Translations under genes and position numbers: made by a program
Assembly: GCF_044704955.1 (NCBI RefSeq)
Contig: NC_091982.1
Span: 106,330,001-106,394,000, forward strand
Source of the DNA: Pristiophorus japonicus
Taxonomy: Eukaryota
Reading direction: 5' to 3'
Length of the DNA stretch: 64,000 nt
Notes under the pieces: model-generated
Seen by the model: the letters and a program-made list of their open reading frames with translations, nothing else
What the model was told of the DNA's origin: nothing
Databases searched by the model: none
Shown: piece by piece, positions 63,262 through 64,000 of the stretch
Layout: every line of letters begins with the position of its first letter
Position numbering within the stretch: the first letter of the stretch is position 1

Positions 63262-64000
63262 TGTAATATAGAGCTCCGCCTAGTAGATGATTGTGGTAAA
63301 GCAGCCACTGCTGTTTATACAATAAAGTGAAGTTCCAGATTGAAGCCATCTTGAGTGTGTGTGCTTTAGTGATGTCATAAGAATATATCACATTTGGCGA
63401 ACACATTAGGTTAATCAGATTCCCTAGCTGAAATTTGTGTTGGTGGATGATTCAACCAACCGACAGAGATACTTTGAGAAGTTCTTTGTTTTGAATAACA
63501 GCTAAAAATCCAAGGAAAATTACAAGCACACTTGGCTGAACTGTCCAGAAGAGTCCAGATGGCTGTGCCTATGGGAATAATAGGACACTTGGATGAGTTC
63601 CATCATGACTGAGAGACTTTTGGAGTGGCTAGAAATGTTTTTCACCACAAATAGTATCATCGAAGTCCCCGATGATGAAAACCGTAACCGGGAGGTGTTA
63701 GAAAGAAAACAGACTATTTTCCTGACTGAAGCAGGCCCCCAGGTGTATGAAACCCTGAAAATTGTGCTTGTTCCCGTCAAGCCAAAGGACATGTCACTGG
63801 CGCAGATTCTAACCAAGTTAGAACAGCACTACAGTCCTGAACCACCGGAAATGCTGAAAGTTATCATTTTGGAAACAAAATCAGTTGAATGATGAGTGTC
63901 AGTGAGTACATCCATTCACTGTAATTTCGGAAACTTTCAGGACCGTGCATTGCGTGAATGCTTTGTTTGTGGGATGAAACATGAAGCAATCAGAAGAAAG
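63262..64000 (+). mobile_element. Gypsy element E, short 5' LTR and decayed gag, runs off window
   Basis: tgtaata...atatcaca (63262-63392) with AATAAA; PBS-like TGGCGAAC at 63395; gag from 63559 (FFTTNSI..IFLTEAGPQVYETLK..KLEQHYSP). Confidence 0.75.

Noticed and set aside
62979-63406. Arg/Glu-rich ORFs
   Set aside because: Translation of a CT-rich tandem repeat

Overview
Eukaryotic, almost entirely transposon-derived vertebrate DNA. It is most likely from a cartilaginous fish, inferred from SacSINE1/DeuSINE-like SINEs, esterase-bearing CR1s, RTE, L2 and Harbinger relics. No host exon could be supported. Two nested retroelement stacks dominate. Stack 1 (1636-17902) is a Mag-like Gypsy element A (+, TSD CCTAC) whose pol is split by two antisense LTR elements. 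Element B (2918-9860) carries a near full-length chimeric CR1. Element C (11475-16300) carries a 1.5-kb solo LTR. B and C have different LTRs, but both keep gag-protease and replace RT/RNaseH/IN with a mutually homologous unknown reading frame. Stack 2 (30076-45602) is a deleted Gypsy element D (-, TSD TAATG) carrying a CR1 and a young env-deleted endogenous retrovirus (30516-40866, TSD ACCAC) whose 3' LTR is split by another CR1. The ERV looks mosaic: class III/ERV-L-like RT motifs, class I-like tether/RNase H/IN, a tRNA-Ser PBS, a coiled-coil Gag and a -1 frameshift signal. The rest is CR1, RTE, L2, SINE, MITE and Harbinger fragments, tandem repeats, and the start of another Gypsy element at the right edge. 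Family assignments are by eye from motifs; no database search was run.
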